Source: Octopus bimaculoides (taxonomy: Eukaryota). From it: DNA of 41,670 nucleotides. Location: the NCBI RefSeq assembly GCF_001194135.2, contig NC_068998.1, positions 30,637,563 to 30,679,232 of the forward strand. Reading direction: 5' to 3'. The position numbers and the translations under genes were made by a program. The notes under the pieces are model-generated. The model had not been told where the DNA came from. It saw only the letters and a list, made by a program, of their open reading frames with translations, and did not search any database. Positions 12,596-24,652 of the stretch are shown piece after piece. Positions within the stretch are counted from its first letter, which is position 1, and each line of letters starts with the position of its first letter.

Positions 12596-12670
12596 TGTAC
12601 TACTTCCACCTTTACCAACCTTCTTTACAATTGTGTACACTTTATTGTTGACCACTAAAGAACGTAGTTT
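12596..12670 (-). CDS. TTK: TTK/Mps1 exon with kinase Gly-rich loop: KLRSLVVNNKVYTIVKKVGKGGSST
   Basis: Acceptor ttttaatatttcag|AAA, donor ACA|gtaagt; 75 nt, phase 0/0; matches TTK signature [22 protein letters not shown], including the Mps1-type GxGGSS loop. Confidence 0.92.
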
Positions 12671-12783
12671 CTGAAATATTAAAATAGGCTATGTTACTAT
12701 ATCAAGTGGATAGATATATCACAAATTACAAACACACAGAATGCCAGAAGAGGTGTGACTGATAACAAAACCAAAGTACCTAC

Positions 12784-12865
12784 CTTCTCTAACTGTACAA
12801 AATTCATTGTAGAAGGAGCAGTAACCTTTACCTGCGGAGTGATGACTGCATTAATACTACCAGGA
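12784..12865 (-). CDS. TTK: TTK/Mps1 exon: PGSINAVITPQVKVTAPSTMNFVQLEK
   Basis: Strong acceptor tttattgtgttgttttgtctttcag|T, donor AAG|gtaggt; 82 nt; phase 2 in matches the upstream large exon and phase 0 out matches the Gly-loop exon. Confidence 0.82.
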
Positions 12866-13479
12866 CTGAAAGACAAAACAACACAATAAAAGAAGCAAGC
12901 TCCCCCAAATAAGTCAACATTAAATACAAGTTACAATCTGCTATATAACAGTGCAATTTTTAAATTTTTAAGTGTTAGTCAAACAGATACAATGATCCTT
13001 ATTTTGAGGAACAAGGAACTGTATAAGCAACTAACAATCATTGAGCTTAATAATTACTTTTGAGTGGATACAACAGGTCAATGAATGCTGCCTGTATTGA
13101 GTCTCTGACAAAAATACTTAACTCTCAATATCACAGTGCACATATAACAAGGTGCTATCTCTCAACTGCTTCTACTGCTACTATAGCAGTTGCTGGTATT
13201 CTGACCTAACAAGTAGCACTCCACATTCACTGTTCTTCTCATCATTCCTATTTTTTGTAATAAATAATTTGCCTAGGAATTTCTATCATGACTGCAACCC
13301 TCAAGAATTAACTGCTTAAATGTTTCCTTTAGATGTCTTCCTACAGAAGTTCAAGCTCAACATCATTTACAACAACTCTATGAAGACTTCAGTAACTTCC
13401 CTCCTCTTCAAACTATTTAGGAAAAAAAACATTATGTGTGTGTATATTTCACTACTGTTGCCAGTTCGTCATGTTGTAA

Positions 13480-13815
13480 ATAGGTAGCTTATCAAGGTCC
13501 AGTTTGCTAGTGCATTGACTGACTAGTATTTCACTATATTTAGCAGTTGATTAAAACCTATATCTTAGCAAAATCTGCAATAAATGAGTCAATGAGGGAA
13601 CCTCTAGACAATTGTTCAACCTGCTAGAAAAAGCAACCAAATATATCATTCAAGTCAAGTCTTCAAAAGGGTGAGGACACAAAAGATAATGCTATGCTGC
13701 ATACATGACAGTTAAAAAAAAGATCACAGCTGGAATGTCAATCAAACAGCTACTCTAATTGTTTGAATGACTACCAACTAGCCATAGGCAATCAGGGCTA
13801 ACCAAAGGCTAAACA
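13480..13815 (+). mobile_element. Old interspersed repeat fragment (related to 11430-11665)
   Basis: Shared decayed motifs CTGCTAGAAA(A/T)AGCA...CAAAT...TCTTAAAAAA and CAGG(G)(C/T)TGACC(T/A)(G/A)GG(G/C)TAAAC in both intervals; family not assignable. Confidence 0.3.
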
Positions 13816-15056
13816 TGAATTAACAACATCTATGAGAGAGAAATATTGAAAACTGAAAATTGTATAAGTCAGGATAAAGTTCAGTACACATTACTATATT
13901 AGATATCACTTGTGGAAAATGATATGCAAGGGAATCAGGGTTGGTTCTGCTAAAATTCCATTTAATCACTGTTGTTTCAATATTCTGCTAAAATTCATTT
14001 TCATCACTGCTGTTTCAGTATTGCAGACTAAATGATCACATCTTTATCATTATTCCAGTTTAGCTGCATATTGATCATTGATCAAAGTGCAAGAAATGAT
14101 GAAGCAACATAGGCAAGAAACTGCAATAAATTACTTTAAAAGTCATAATTTAACTTGTCTCTTTTCTGAAATGACATCACTACCAAAATTTAAAAAATTA
14201 TATCCAGTTGTATGCACTGCCATTAATAGTCACTATAAAATTGAAAGTACTGGCCCCAGTGTGGATAAATGCTGACTTTCAAATTCATTAAATGAAGAGG
14301 ATGCCAATCTATTACATTCCTCATTCTTATAAGATCTAACATTTGCTCCAGAAATACAGCCCCTTCCTCCAAAATAAACCAAGTCAAACCAAACCAATCA
14401 TTTTTAAAAAAATTAACCAGCAATGGGATTTGTACTTAACTTTCAAGAACTGGGAGTTGAAACATCTTTCAATGAAGACATGACAACCTAGTCTTCATCA
14501 CTGTCCCTCCCCCACTGGAAGAGTATATTAAGAATCTCAGATGATCTATCATTGTGACTTGACATATATATCATTGTTAAAATAGCACCAAAAAAGCTAG
14601 ACTACCGGTTTAGGGTCAGAAAATAATGAATAGCAGCTGATCCTACACAAAAGTCAACTGTGAACCACACGCAAACATCCTAGACAAGCAAAGATTATGC
14701 AGTACTGAGAAGCAAAGACGAACAGACAATAATAACCACTAGCTTTTTTTCTTACAGCCTCTTGTACAATGGTCTCTGTCTCTCTGAATTTGCATATTTT
14801 TCCTATCTGATTCACTCATCTAAAATACATCCTACTGTATTTTATTCCCCAGATTCAGCAATTTACCGAGCCATTTTCATATACACGGCAACCCTCTGAA
14901 TTTATTCTTGGAATTTCCTGCAGGCATCAATCTACAGTAGTTCAACTGAATATCAATTTTATCAAACTCTCCAGAGTGCAAATGCCTATCAAGGTCATGA
15001 AACTACCCTCTCTCCAAAGGAAAATATGTCTAAGAACTAAATTTGCAAATACTTAC

Positions 15057-16293
15057 ATGTTCTCTTCCTTTGATAAATATCCTTCTTTTACAGGTCTTGA
15101 ATCTTCAGGATTAGAGTGTCTTGGAGTCTGTGTATTTATTTCCTTCAACTGTGAATTTTCAGTCAATTGTTGAGGACACTGTTCAGATAACTTTGGAGCA
15201 TCTTTGAGGAAATCTAGTTGGCGCTGGACTGGAAGTGGGTTGTCAGGTATAGAATGTTCAAGTGGCATTTGGCTTTGAAAGCATTTCTGGAGTAGTTTAT
15301 GTTTACTACTTTGTGGTGAGGTTTGGTATTGGTCTGGAATGCCTGTAATCATACTTTGACAAGATATCAGTTGATCTTTGGGTAACTGTTCAAGCACATC
15401 TTTTGATAAGCAGTGGTTATACTGAATTGGATTACCACTTTTGTTCTTATCATGGGCATTCAAGACGGGTTTGTATTTTAACTGTGATGATGTTATCTTG
15501 CCATACTCTGCTGCATTACAAAAGTCATTACTACAAGCAACAAACTTGGAACAGTCACCATTGGAATGAAGGAATTCCTGTATAGACTCATTTGGTCTTA
15601 ATGAAAACAATAAGTTTGTTTTTTTCTTCTGGCTAAGAACTGAAAAAGTATCGAAAATGTTGAAGTGATTATTAATTTCTGTTAGACTAGTATCTCCTTC
15701 TGGCTGTTCATCATTGGTAGAGCAGTGTTTCAGAGTTTCACTTACAGGTATATCACATTGGTGAGGGCTTATCATTTTAATTGCATTATCCAGTGTACAA
15801 CCAACACTAGGCTGACCCAATGAAGCAATAGAAGTATTTGCTTGGCCACATGGTAAAAGAGAGTCAGATAATATTGTCCTTGGAGTTTGAGGATGTGTTT
15901 TGTCTTGATGAGAGTTTATGTTCTTTGGTTTTTCAATACCTGTGATAGCACTGTTATCTGGAACAACATATTCATCATCATCATCAACATATTTAGCAAC
16001 AGCTGATTCTTTTCTGGCTGTTTTATGGAACAAGTTTCTGTCAACCAAGCATGAATTGTCACAAGACTTGGTCCTTTTAATATCAGTTAAATTGGAATCT
16101 GGTTTGTCTTGATTATGGCATGATAGCAAAAAGTCAGATTTTGGCGAAAATACAGAAATGCTGTCCTCAGATGATTCAGACAATTTAGTCTCAGTTTTCT
16201 CCAAGTTAGAGTCACAAACTGCAGTTACTTTAACATCTTCTTCAAGTATAGTACCAGTTAGCCTTTGAGTCTGTATGTGTTTTCCAGTAAAAA
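15057..16293 (-). CDS. TTK: TTK/Mps1 large linker exon (about 412 codons, Ser/Asp/Lys/Gln/Pro-rich, low complexity)
   Basis: Longest stop-free non-repeat ORF in the window; donor AT|gtaagt at 15057 is phase 2, matching the next exon; phase-1 acceptor ttttgctattgtctcaag|TT at 16293 matches exon 21386-21280. An alternative phase-0 CAG acceptor at 16270 makes the 5' boundary uncertain. Confidence 0.75.
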
Positions 16294-17029
16294 CTTGAGA
16301 CAATAGCAAAATATTTCATTTAAATGTGCATAGAAAAGAATACGTAAAAGAACAAGCAAGGACTACAAAAACCACTTCAATTTTAGAATTCATAATTTGC
16401 TAGAAAAGGAAACAGCAGGGCTAGTAGCACAATGATCATTTTAGTTGACACCTAGTCATTCAATTTTCACCTGGCTGTTTTTCAATTTTTTAAAATTTAT
16501 TACTTGTTTGACAATGTGCTTTCTCATTTAATATTTATAAAAAATAAAGTTTTTAAATCTTGACTAGTTAAGTGTAAGTTACCATACACAAAGTGATGAG
16601 CAGAAAATAATTTCAATCAATTATAACTGTAACTGTAATACAAATAAAAAGTCATTAGCTTTTCTGGAAATTACCCTCATAAAGAGCAGGTGCAAGAACT
16701 TCCAAAACATCACTTGACTGACAATTAATGGAAACATGTAGGTAAGAATAGTCTGATCTTTGATAGCTATAGTGACAACTCCAGGAAGGCTTCAGCGTTA
16801 TTACACCTCCCCTAAAAAGTATTTCCACTTACAACAACCAAGACATTAAAACTTATAAGGTTTTTAAATAAAAATAACTTACAAATTATGCAAATTAAAT
16901 TATGACATTGGAGAAGTTTTCAAAGGCACTTTCAGTACAAAGAATGGATGGTGATAGGTAGTCCAGTGATGTCTGATACAAAGTTTGTAATCTTAGTGAT
17001 GAGAGCGTATGTGACTCCGTAGTCCAAAA

Positions 17030-17420
17030 CTGGAGACATACAGGCGCCCACACATGTCACAGTGATAGTCTGTTGACTAGATTGAGGTGGACGCTGCTCG
17101 TGAGGTGAGAGACCTCCACAGTGATCTGTCTGTCGCGGAGGCTTCAAATTCATGTGGCATAATGCTGCTCCGTTTGAGGTTAATTTTCAGTGTCTTTGTA
17201 TCTCAGTTTAGGCCTTCCTCATTTGCATGAGCCCTGCATGAGCTCACCATACACCAGCTGTCTGGGTACACAGTTGTCAGTCATTCTGATGACACAGCCA
17301 CTCCAGCATAACTGAGCTTTCAGCAACATTGACTTACTACTTGTTGAACAAGCTCTGTTTAGTACTTTATGGTTTGTTACACTGTCTTGCCAGTGAATGC
17401 CTATGATCATGCACAGTGCC
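17030..17420 (-). mobile_element. 3' fragment of an RTE/BovB-like LINE
   Basis: IIGIHWQDSVTNHKVLNRA...MLLKAQLCWSGCVIRMTDNCVPRQLVYGELMQG...GRPKLRYKD, the conserved RTE C-terminal block. Confidence 0.8.
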
Positions 17421-17809
17421 CTTATGTGAAATTGTATACAGAATGTATAGTTAAGTGCAAACTATCATACTTAAAGTGATGAGTTAAAAGTACATCTGAA
17501 TTAATAACTGAAATTACAACAATGATAAAAAAGTCATAAGCTTTAATGAAATTTTCTCTCAAAATTTCAAGATTCTCTCTTTCACCTCACCTTTGTCTTC
17601 TTAATGACCACCAGTACAGCTCCATAAAGCAAGATCTATAGGACACATACTCTCCTAGAGAACCCACACTTTCAAGAAATTTGACAAAAACAATGTTGCT
17701 GCACTTAACAACAAAGCATTTGACCATGTCTGTTATGTGAATTTCCATGTCCTGTTTTTTGGGATTTGACGGTTTCACTTAAATTGTATCATCACAACAT
17801 ATGCTAGGG

Positions 17810-18800
17810 GTGCATTCGGAGATGCATACTATCTGGTGTAGCTCAAAGTTCAGTTATACCCTCCACACTAATACATAAATTAAATATTTGCTGTTACATC
17901 CAACAATGCCCATTCCTGTGCCCATGATAACACCCTACATTCTACACTAATCTTCTGAAAACAGGCATCATCAACATTGGAAGCATGTCAATCTGGTCTC
18001 CTTCAACAAGACACTGTTCCTACACATAAAGCAGACAATCTTCTACTCCACAAACAACCTAGTTCTGAAAAATATGCAAATAAAACTCTGTAAGTTGTAC
18101 AAACACTAGGCCTCACAATCACTGACAACCTATCTTAAGATGTCACAGTCACAAAATAACAAAAACTGCATTTCAAAACTTACTTCACGTCACAATAGTT
18201 ATTGAATCTCTAAAACAGTCAAGATCAACAAAATATATGCTCCCATATCTGAGGCAGTGCTATACGCTAAAATACCTGAGATTGCACCCAAAAGGAAACC
18301 ACTCAATTAATTGGCATAGAGTCACCAATATACTTCATTCTTTCTCCTGAAGACATACGGTTCCTAACTTTTTTTTTTAATCCCAACTGCAATGACTTCA
18401 ACTTCTCAGGGCAAACTGATTGTGTAATACTTCTACATACCCCCACTCAAAATACTTATCTCAAGTCCTCATATCACCCATATTGTATCTCCTCCCACTC
18501 AGGCCCAGCATTAAGCAGATTGCCAAACCTCATGAAATTTCTTCACCATCCATGTTTTCAGCAGCTACATTGTCCAACATTTGCTCATTCAGTCTACCTC
18601 GGTATGAATCAGTACAATCATTAAGCACAGCTTACTGTTGTAAACAGAAAGCATACTGCATAGTAAATTAACTAGTGCTTTGTTAGCTTGCATTAATTTA
18701 GGCTTGGATCTTCTATGGCATTACCATAAACTAGTTTCAACTCCTTCTGTACAATGCCAAAGGGCATCTTACTGCTTTCATTATCAAAATGCACTTGTTT
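17810..18800 (+). mobile_element. Highly decayed CR1/L2/Jockey-type LINE RT fragment
   Basis: Remnants GVAQSSVIPSTL (cf. GVPQGSVLSP), CAHDNTL (cf. YADDTTL), LGLTITDNLS; many stops and frameshifts. Confidence 0.45.
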
Positions 18801-18944
18801 TGATAATGTGCTGAAAATTGCCTGCATTAGCTTATTCATATTTACATTAAGATATTGACATAAATTGTTACTAAATTAGTGGCATGTGATACACTAAGTA
18901 AACTGCTGTTAATGGTTCAATATTGTTTCATGTATGCCAACTTG

Positions 18945-19510
18945 GCCAGAGACCTGAGGGATGCTAGATTCAAAACAATCAAGGTTGGCGTCAGGGATTT
19001 TGTGGGCTCATCTGCCTACAGCCTCATGAAACAGCTGTCCATCTCTGGAAGAAGCAGGACTAGAACTTTGAGGGCCATGGGAGAAACGGTGGAGAAGGCC
19101 TCAAGTTGGATCTGGTCTAGGAGGAACAAAGGCCAACTTCATAAGGCTTAATTTGCCCCAATTCAAGCGGGTGCCAGATTGGCGTAGTCGTATAGGCCTG
19201 CACCTCTGGAGCTGGCGATCCGAGTTCGAATCCCACTGGGACCAGGAGAAAAAAGAACCCTCACACCTGGGTCATGCGAAAGCTCACCAATGTACCCAAC
19301 TGGAAACGAGTACTTAGCCCTTCTCAGGGCTGCAGCACACGTCACAACAGTGCTAGAAACCAGAGAAACCAATCCCACTTAAGGCATACTAAAACAGACA
19401 GCAAGTGGACATCCAGGAGTCATGACTCAGATGTGGCCTGACCCCTCTAGAGTGTCAGGAGTTAAGGGCCAAAACACTTGCCTAGAGGGGATTTCTCCTC
19501 TGAGGACTAC
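18945..19510 (+). mobile_element. 3' end of a HERO/R2-like RLE non-LTR retrotransposon (interrupted by a SINE)
   Basis: IKVGVRDFVGSSAYSLMKQLSISGRSRTRTLRAMGETVEKASSWIWSRRN resembles the C-terminal VEVGCRGFV...AAEKASxWLWxKR block of HERO-type elements; UTR-like sequence resumes after 19375. Confidence 0.55.
19168..19375 (+). mobile_element. tRNA-derived SINE, third family in the window
   Basis: A-box TGGCGTAGTCG (19180-19190), B-box GTTCGAATCC (19224-19233), then ACCA; T-stem does not pair, so not a functional tRNA; CpGs retained. Confidence 0.6.
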
Positions 19511-19992
19511 CTGCTGTTACGCTCTCCCTGAGTTTCTTTCCACTATGGGTAAATGGGCTATATCTTCCAAATGACATTTTTCTTTATTTTTATAAAGTCC
19601 AATGATTTTTTCAAAAAATGATAAAAAATTATTTAAGCTTTCAGATTTAGTAATAGCAATTCTAAATTTGAATGGTTTTATAAATGTAGCAAATAAAGTG
19701 TTATGTGTATAATATGTAGACATTGAATAGGATGTTTCAATTTCTGATAGTGAAAATGAGTCAGATAGGGTTAATAACAATTTGAAGGAAGAAAATGTTG
19801 ACAAAATTTTAAAATATTTATTTTCCAAAACTGTCAGAAGAAACTGAGCCAAATCAGTCATGACTCAAAACTTACAGATTATCCACTTAGTTCACTTCAA
19901 TTCAAGTGTTCCAAAGAAGTGTAAGAAGAAAGGTGAACAAATTCACTGATTTTACTTGTATTTACCTGTAATTATGGTAGTTTTGAGATTTA

Positions 19993-20907
19993 TTGGGTTG
20001 GCAACAGATGGAACAACTCAACACGGTTATTCAAGAGAAAAGACCTAATCAGCAGCATGGAGTTCTTCTGCTGCATGATAACACCCGCCCTCATATTGCC
20101 AATATGAGGAAGACCTGGGCTGAGGTGGTGAGGCAAGACCTTCGTACATTGGGCCTCACCGAGGCGATGACTACGGACCGAGACCTTTGGAAATGGGCTG
20201 TGCGTGAGAAGACCCGGCAAGCCAAGTAAGATCGTTGCCAGTGCCCCTGGACTGGTTCTTGTGCGGGTGGCACATGAGATGCACCATTTTGAGCGTGGCC
20301 GTTGCCAGTACCGCCTGACTGGCTCCTGTAGGATTTTCGAGCNNNNNNNNNNNNNNNNNNNNNNGTGGCCGTTTTCGTGCGGGTGACACGTAAAAGCACC
20401 CACTACACTCTCTGAGTGGTTGGCGTTAGGAAGGGCATCCAGCTGTAGAAACTCTGCCAAATCAGACTGGAGCCTGGTGTTGCCATCCGGTTTCACCAGT
20501 CCTCAGTCAAATCGTCCAACCCATGCTAGCATGGAAAGCGGACGTTAAACGATGATGATGATGATGATGATGAAGCTATTCAAACACATGGCTGGAAGTG
20601 CTGCCACACCCGCCATCCTCTCCTGATTTGGCACCAACGGATTTCCACCTCTTTCAATCTCTTTCAAATGCTATGCACAGAGTTTCGTTCAATACTGATG
20701 CAGAATTGAGAGCTTGGTTGGATCAATTTTTTCGAGTCGAAATCAAGTGATTTCTACCAACAAGGTACTGAAAATCTTGTTGAACATTGGGAAGAAGTTT
20801 TAAACAACAAGGGTGAATACATTATAGATTAATTAGTTGTTATTTTTTATTAAACCTTTAAAAAAATTTTAATTTTTAAAATGGCAGGAACTTAGTTGCC
20901 AACCTAA
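19993..20907 (+). mobile_element. Internally deleted mariner element with TIRs and TA target duplication
   Basis: TA|TTGGGTTGGCAAC ... GTTGCCAACCTAA|TA; residual transposase VLLLHDNTRPH ... WKVLPHPPSSPDLAPTDFHLF split by an RTE insertion. Confidence 0.85.
20108..20572 (+). mobile_element. 5'-truncated young RTE LINE (C-terminus + 3' UTR + (GAT)n tail)
   Basis: RKTWAEVVRQDLRTLGLTEAMTTDRDLWKWAVREKTRQAK*, 3' UTR and (GAT)7 tail; possible TSD ATGAGGAAG / ATGATGAAG. Confidence 0.85.
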
Positions 20908-21279
20908 TATATAAAAACCTTTTGTTGTGTTCCAAACACTACCTCAATAAATCAATAATTAATAGAAAGTTATAATTGTTTTATAAAACCTATCTAAATT
21001 TACGTTGAACACATTTTAATTCAAAATGCAGTACAAATGGGTTACATGATTTCTATTGCATTTACTCAAATAGAAACACACACTTAAAAGAAAAACATTA
21101 ACCACATTATTGATTTAACTAACTAAATTAAGTAAATATATGGATTAATTAACCAATCAACAAACCAAGCAAAGCAGAAACCAACAGCCCTATTAGCTGA
21201 TCAATCAGTCAAAAAACCTACTAAACAATCAAACAAGTAATTAAGTAACTAAAGAAGTGACAAGGTATTTGTATGTTAC

Positions 21280-21386
21280 CTAATGATGATTTTGGAGTAA
21301 ATTTGCTCATAGATGTGTCTTCTTTATCAGAGCTGTCAAAGATTTTGGCCTCTTCAACTGTCACCCTCTGTGGCATTTTCTTAACC
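21280..21386 (-). CDS. TTK: TTK/Mps1 linker exon: VKKMPQRVTVEEAKIFDSSDKEDTSMSKFTPKSSL
   Basis: Acceptor ttttcaactttattttattatag|G, donor TTAG|gtaaca; 107 nt; phase 2 in and 1 out, compatible with both neighbours. Assignment to TTK rests on phase continuity. Confidence 0.68.
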
Positions 21387-22121
21387 CTATAATAAAATAA
21401 AGTTGAAAATATTTCACTATCTGCTTCAACATTTCTTATATCATTCTTTTGTTTGTTTATTATTAAACACTGATACATTAGGGCAAGAGTCCTCATCTTG
21501 GTTGTTATAATCACAAAGTTTTAGTCAGTGCACTCAACAGCCTTTTGCAAGGTTCTTAAAATTTCTAATTAAACCCAAGTTAGATATTTTTTATTCAGTT
21601 GTTCATACTTAGAATATTCTCATATAAGTTATTCTTTTACTTGTGACATCACTTGCTCATTCAACTTGAACCAATTATTTTATGTTACGATGAGATAGTG
21701 AACACAAATGTTGATTAATCTTAAGTAACAGTATTGTAATCTACTGAGGAGGGAGGCCGAAACATGACTTTAACCCTGGAGTCAATCAATTTATATATAC
21801 TTTGGTTCTAGCAAGAAAAACAAGCAGAATCACAAGTAGGAGAATAACTAATATGAGAATATCTTTGTTATGATCAACAGAATGACAACAATTTGCTCCA
21901 ATAAATTCAATAAAGGGTTCAGTTCAAAATTACAAGTATGCTATGACATATAACATATACCTGATAAAGACCAAAAGACACAGCAGCTGAAATGTGATTC
22001 TAACAGCCAATATTAGCCACAATATATTAGTGTATAATAATAATTCACCATCTCAGAAATTCACCCTATAGTGGAGAATGAGCTATGTACTTTTGAGTGA
22101 GGGGAAACTAAAGTTAAAGTA

Positions 22122-23310
22122 TGAGGGCTCTACAAGAAGTAATGCAAAAGTGGGCATAATTTATTTAATAACTGATATAGGTCATTCAAACTGCACATTT
22201 TGGTAAAGTAACTCTTCTTCTACACAAAGGTACTACTATGTTTGAGCCCAACTCTCAAATCATCTTTGAAAAAAGTGTGCACTATTACACCTATTTCTTT
22301 ACAGCTACTTTCACTTTGTCTGTGCCATCATATCATCATCCTTGAAGACTGTACTTTATTGGATTGAACAGGTGGAAGTTGGAAGGCAATTGACCTAAGC
22401 TGTATAATGGATGGGGGAGGCCACTAACCAGCCCAATTTGCAGATTGCCAGACTTGTTACACCATTGTTATGGTGAACGTGAATCATTTTCAGATTCTTA
22501 TTCAGTCTATTCCTCCAAATGGTATCTCTAAGCCTTTTGAATGCCTCAATGTACCACTCACTGTTTATGATACAGCCACATTCCAGAAAATCAACGAGAA
22601 TTATATCTGTCATCCAAAAAAACAGTCACTATGACTTTCTGTACCAATCAGTGGCTCTTGAACTACTTTGGAGAAGAAATGTGGTGCCATTCCATGGATT
22701 GAGACTTCGTTTGTGGATCATAAAGGTATGTCCACATTTTAACCCATCAGAAAAAATAGGTGTTTCTATTGTCTTCAAACACTTCCAGTAGACCAGAGCA
22801 AACTTCCACCTTCCTCTTTCTCTCAAATTGGGTGTCAACCACAGAGGTACCCACTTTGAACACATATTCCAATAACCAAAGTCTTTCACCATCTTCAGTA
22901 ATACATTGTAACCACAGTCCAGTTGAGTAGCAAGCTCACTGTTACTTGTTTGTCCACACAAATCAATTTATCTATTCACTGATGATTTGAGTCAGTTGGC
23001 ACAGTTGATGGTCTCCCATAGCATAGTTTCTCTTCACTGTTGGTCTCCCCCTTCTTTAAACTTCCTTCCTTTGTACACATTGCTAGTCAATAGTGTCATT
23101 TCTGTAATCAACCTGTGACCTTCTGTAGTTGTCAGACAGTCTGAACACCACATTTATTAAGAGCTGAATGGTGACATATTGCTTCTGAATGCAACACTCT
23201 AATTGCCTGCAACAAAGAAAGAAGTTATTCTACCATGTGCAATTTGCATAACCTGTGTCACTTGATGAAAAGCTTATGCCCACTTTCTGTACAATACATA
23301 TATATTGCAC
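22122..23310 (-). mobile_element. Decayed mariner transposon
   Basis: CSKWVPLWLT (WVPHEL motif), DIILVDFLECGCIINSEWYIEAFKRLR, HVHHNN; terminal-repeat remnant AAAGTGGGCATAA (22148-22159) versus TTATGCCCACTTT (about 23275-23287). Confidence 0.75.
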
Positions 23311-24070
23311 AAGGCAACAGCTAACGAACTTCCTAATTTCATTCATAACTTTAAATTGAAGAATGAATAGGAGTACCTTTTCAGAGGGTGTTAATGATGA
23401 GTAGAGCAATTCCAAGTTGAAGTCACAATTGGACATTAGTGTACTATGTTAACAATCAGAGAGAAAGATTTCACAAGACAGAGTTTTTCACAAATTTCTC
23501 TCATTTATTTTTATTACATGGTTTCAAAAGGATGGCTATCAACCATAGACTTTTCAAATCCTTCTTGATTAGGAGTCAGAGACAGGATAAGGTGGATAAG
23601 GTTCATATGGTCAATTTTCAGTTTTAAACCTTTGAAGTTATTGGTAGGTGGGGAAATTACAATTAGAGATGAAGTTTCAGAAATTCAGTTTCAACAAAAT
23701 GGGATTAACCAAAATGATCCTGGTGGATATAGTACAGTTAGCATTTAGGTGAAGGTGATAAGGTAAAGATGCAACAATGGTGAAAGTGATATAGTCAGCT
23801 ACTTTAAATTGATAACTTCAATGTATCAGTACAAGAAACAATACTCAATAATGGGTAAGCGTTTGAGAAATATCACTGAGTTAAGTTTTTCCTATAAAAC
23901 AGTGAAGTTGTTTTTTCTTCATTTGTTTTATTTTGTAAGACACAAGAATTGGCAATAGAAAGGATATCTGTTGTAAAGTACCACTCAAGAAGTCCTGTCC
24001 AACTCCTGTTAGCACAGAAAAAATAATTGCAAAAATAATGAGGGTTAAAAGGTGGATTGCAATTACAAAC

Positions 24071-24466
24071 CTGAGGAACTTTGTAGAAGAGCAATTTTCA
24101 TAGCTTCCTGCAGACAATGATGACTTATGGCAGTCAGGTGTGTTGTAAGAACCAAGATGGGAGGAACCAAAAGTAGTAAACTGAGTAGAGAAACGATGAT
24201 CATTTACAGAATGAAAACTTGGATCTGTGGAACCCTGAGTACTAGATAAACATTTATCTATAGGAGTATGTACATTAGACACACGTCTATCACAGATGTG
24301 TGAGAAGCGCCTTGCATATGAGCCTTGCTGATTCAGAGAGCCCCACTTTTCTGAAAGTGCAAAAATGCTACCACAAATAAATTCTTCAGGTGAAGTATTT
24401 GAGTCTTTCTTCACAGGCATTTCAGGTGTTGCTAGCTGTCTTGGTTTAGATTCACTTAAGACAGTC
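24071..24466 (-). CDS. TTK: TTK/Mps1 linker exon: TVLSESKPRQLATPEMPVKKDSNTSPEEF...SYENCSSTKFL(R)
   Basis: Acceptor tttgttattgtgatattttag|G, donor CTCAG|gtttgt; 396 nt, phase 2/2, stop-free S/T/P-rich frame compatible with flanking exons. Confidence 0.68.
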
Positions 24467-24652
24467 CTAAAATATCACAATAACAAAACAGAAACTCATT
24501 AATCAAGTATAACCACATGCATGCAAAAAAGATATATGAAAAGAAATACAAGATACATTAAATTTTACCTTACTCAAAACAAATAGTAACTAGTCTTTCT
24601 TTAATATAACTCTTTTAAATTTATATTAAATATTTAACATTTAAAGTAATTA

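Noticed and set aside
15057-15090. PVKEGYLSK resembling the start of a PH domain
   Set aside because: The next phase-matched exons lead into the TTK kinase domain with no PH-like continuation.
17589-17660. Possible extra exon with strong AAG|gtgagg donor
   Set aside because: Phase 1 in and 2 out does not fit the best acceptor of the large exon, and the peptide has no recognisable similarity.
19168-19245. Possible tRNA gene ending in ACCA
   Set aside because: Acceptor, anticodon and T stems do not pair; treated as a SINE head.
21745-21770. CTGAGGA-GGGAGGCC-GAAA-CATG hammerhead-like string
   Set aside because: Stem II is only 2 bp, there is no UH cleavage site after CATG and no stem I complementarity.
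23881-24070. Hydrophobic extension FVIAIHLLTLIIFAIIFSVL suggesting a transmembrane isoform
   Set aside because: Lies past the CTCAG|gtttgt donor and is best explained as read-through into a T-rich intron; no poly(A) evidence.
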